A stretch of DNA of 61,637 nt, counting the filler, from Candidatus Fermentibacterota bacterium (GTDB lineage: Bacteria > JAFGKV01), in NCBI GenBank assembly GCA_016928395.1. It is 3 parts of 3 records of this genome, joined end to end, with 100 filler letters (N's around TTAATTAATTAA, not from the genome) between each part and the next. Parts side by side here need not be neighbours in the genome. Positions count along the whole stretch, not along the records: positions 47,122 to 61,637 come from JAFGKV010000175.1; 2 more parts are not named here. One strand, 5' to 3'. The translations under genes were made by a program, and so were the position numbers. This document shows positions 59,264 through 61,637 of the stretch, piece by piece. How positions within the stretch are numbered: position 1 is the first letter of the stretch; the number at the start of each line of letters is the position of its first letter. The notes beneath the pieces were generated by a model. The model did not search any database. It had not been told where the DNA came from and saw only the letters and a program-made list of their open reading frames with translations.

Positions 59264-61384
59264 ATGAAGATCTCCCAGCTCGTGACGGCCCTTCTGGCAA
59301 TGGCGCTCGTGTCCGGTGTGTCGGCGGAGCGATCCACGCCGTGGGATGACCTGGTGTTTCCGCCGCTGGCCTCGCTGGATGTGCCGGATGTGCCTGAGCA
59401 TACTCTGCCCAATGGCCTTACCTTGCTTCTCTTGGAGGACCACGAACTTCCTTTGGTTGACGTGACGGCCTACCTCCGGGCCGGGAAGGTCAATGATCCC
59501 GCCGACAAGGCTGGGCTGGCCGAGATCACCGCTCAGGTGGTCCGCACCGGCGGTAGCGCATCCATCGGCGGCGACGAACTGGATACCTACCTTGAATCCA
59601 TTGGCGCCAGCATCGAGATCGCCTGCGATCGGGACATGGCGACGGTTACGGTTTCGTGCCTTTCCCAACATGCTGATGCGGTGCTCTCGCGGCTGGCCGA
59701 TCTGCTCATCAATCCTGTGCTGCCCGACGACAAGCTCGAACTGGCAAAGGTGGGCCAGCGTACCGCAATTGCCTCGCGCAATGATGAGCCCTTTGATATG
59801 GCTATCCGGGAATACTCCAAAGTCGTATTCGGGACCACAAGTCCCTATGCCCGCCATCCTGAGTATGCGACCATCGAGGCCATCACCCGGGATGATCTGG
59901 TGGAATTCCACCGGCGATTCTACCGGCCCGATGCCATGGTTATGGTGATTACGGGAGACTTCAAGGCCGCGGCGCTGCGGCGATCAGTGGAGCGGAAGCT
60001 GAGCAGTTGGAAGGCGCCGCAGGAGCCCCTGCCTGCTCTTCCTCCCGTGCCCGAAATGCAGCCCAAGGGTCTCTACTTTGCGTCGAAACCTGATGTGACC
60101 CAGTCGACAATACTCCTGGGCCATCTCGGGTATCGAGCGGACGACCCAGACTATCCAGCTATGAGCCTGATGGATCAGATTCTGGGTGGTGGGTTTTCGT
60201 CGAGGATCATGAACGAGGTGCGGACCAAGCGCGGTCTTGCCTATGTGGCCCAATCCATTCCGGGCCACGCCTTTCCCCGGCCGGGCATTTTCGGAGCCTT
60301 CGCGGGCACCAAGTCGGAGTCGACGCTGGTCAGCATCCGGGTCATGGAGGAGGAGATCCGAAGAGTCACTGTGGAACCGGTTTCGGAGGAGGAGCTGGAG
60401 CGAGCGCGGAGTTCGATCCTGAATTCCTTTGTGTTCAGGTTTGACTCCCCAGAGAAGGTCGCCAAGCGCATCGGCTACTACAGATTCCATGACTACCGCC
60501 GCGATTTCCTGCAGTGGTATGAAGAGGCCGTGCGATCCGTGACACCGCAGATGCTGCTGGAGGCCGCGCAGCGCAAGATCAGGCCGGAATACCTCTCGGT
60601 TCTGGTCATTGGCAACAAGGACCAGCTCGGTGAGACTCTGGACGCGCTGGGCACCGTGACGGAGTTGGACATCGCCATTCCTCCCCCTGCCTCGAAATTG
60701 GGTGAGGTAACCACCACGGACGAGGGCCGTGCCGCTGCCTTGTCTCTACTGGCCCGAGCAGAAGAGACCGCCGGTGGAGGGGCGCTGCGGTCGGTGCAGT
60801 CGCTGAAGACCGTCACCGATGCCGTTGTGAACGTACAAGGCATGAGCCTGAATGTGGCGGCCACCGAAATCCGTGTCTTCCCCGACCGCGTCTATTCCTC
60901 ACAGAAGCTGCCTTTCGGAGAGGTGGTGACGGTGATCGATGGGCAGACGGGCTGGATGCGCGATCCCCGAGGGGTGCAAGACCTCCCAGGCTCGATGTTG
61001 GATGAGGCCGAGGCGGATCGCATGCGGGAGATGCTCTGGATCCTCACGAACTACACTGATCTGGCGCTGGAAGCGCTCGACCCGGTAGAGGAAGAGGGGC
61101 GTTCCTTCACGAGGGTCTTCGTCTCCTCCGAGGTCGTGAAGGATTGGGTGCTGTATTTTGACGAGGCGGGCAACCTGGCGGGGATGGACTACCAAAGCGT
61201 GGATCAGAGCGGCCCAGCGGACATGGCCGTCCGCTATGACGAGCTTACCGAGGTCTCAGGGATTCGTTTTCCCTGGAAAGTCGCAATGCGCCGAAACGGC
61301 GAACCCTTCCTCACCGGAACCGTACAGAGCATCGAGGTGAACCCGGCCATCGACGAGACCATCTTCCAGCGACCGGCTTCCTGA
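59264..61384 (+). CDS. M16 peptidase partner subunit (no HxxEH) with LolA-like C-terminal extension
   Basis: LPNGLTLLLLEDHELP and ILGGGFSSRIMNEVRTKRGLAY; extra C-terminal domain of about 230 aa ending VNPAIDETIFQRP. Confidence 0.85.
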   Translation: MKISQLVTALLAMALVSGVSAERSTPWDDLVFPPLASLDVPDVPEHTLPNGLTLLLLEDHELPLVDVTAYLRAGKVNDPADKAGLAEITAQVVRTGGSASIGGDELDTYLESIGASIEIACDRDMATVTVSCLSQHADAVLSRLADLLINPVLPDDKLELAKVGQRTAIASRNDEPFDMAIREYSKVVFGTTSPYARHPEYATIEAITRDDLVEFHRRFYRPDAMVMVITGDFKAAALRRSVERKLSSWKAPQEPLPALPPVPEMQPKGLYFASKPDVTQSTILLGHLGYRADDPDYPAMSLMDQILGGGFSSRIMNEVRTKRGLAYVAQSIPGHAFPRPGIFGAFAGTKSESTLVSIRVMEEEIRRVTVEPVSEEELERARSSILNSFVFRFDSPEKVAKRIGYYRFHDYRRDFLQWYEEAVRSVTPQMLLEAAQRKIRPEYLSVLVIGNKDQLGETLDALGTVTELDIAIPPPASKLGEVTTTDEGRAAALSLLARAEETAGGGALRSVQSLKTVTDAVVNVQGMSLNVAATEIRVFPDRVYSSQKLPFGEVVTVIDGQTGWMRDPRGVQDLPGSMLDEAEADRMREMLWILTNYTDLALEALDPVEEEGRSFTRVFVSSEVVKDWVLYFDEAGNLAGMDYQSVDQSGPADMAVRYDELTEVSGIRFPWKVAMRRNGEPFLTGTVQSIEVNPAIDETIFQRPAS

Positions 61385-61396
61385 AGGGTGCCAGGA

Positions 61397-61633
61397 GCTC
61401 GCTTCGCGAGCAGGGTTCAGCTCGCGTTGCGAGCAGTTTCCAGGGTTCAGGGTTCGGGGCTGTCGACTGGAGTCACCAGCTCTTTGGCAAAGGGAGGTTG
61501 GGAGGGATTTGGAATGGTGGAATGATGGGGATGGCTGGACGAATGGATGGATGGATGTTTCGCTTTCGCGACCAGGGTTCGGGGGGCTACCGACCAGCCC
61601 CTCCCTTTGGCAAAGGGAGGTTGGGAGGGATTT
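61397..61633. repeat. Composite short-repeat region at the window end
   Basis: Copy of the 30-bp GCTCGC-nnn-GCGAGC/CAGGGTT unit, a GGATG-type run, and a 29-bp direct repeat at 61482-61510 and 61605-61633. Confidence 0.88.
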
Positions 61634-61637
61634 TCTC

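Overview
GC-rich bacterial sequence made of three separate contigs (1-21567, 21668-47021, 47122-61637). They are joined by artificial N-TTAATTAATTAA-N linkers, so adjacency across the gaps is not real. The content is mostly housekeeping and envelope genes of a diderm bacterium: TonB-ExbBD, beta-barrels and a FlgD/T9SS-like C-terminal domain, which suggest an FCB-group or candidate-phylum organism (inference). Recognisable genes include hutU-hutI, glnA, a dGTPase, a maltose-type ABC transporter, scpAB-cmk-rpsA, lpdA-lipA, glyA-folD-tRNA-His and an M16 protease pair. The standout is an overlapping glnA-gatE-gatD operon encoding a complete GatDE Glu-tRNA(Gln) amidotransferase, classically regarded as archaea-specific, on a clearly bacterial contig. 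A perfect 34-bp AT-core palindrome follows it. Other points of interest: a cation/H+ antiporter fused to a PTS EIIA domain with a stand-alone EIIA nearby; a REC-DUF4388 regulator with two Roadblock proteins facing a hybrid kinase; an outer-membrane barrel that appears to use a non-canonical ATA start; and several families of short intergenic repeats. All calls come from reading motifs by eye; no database searches were run.
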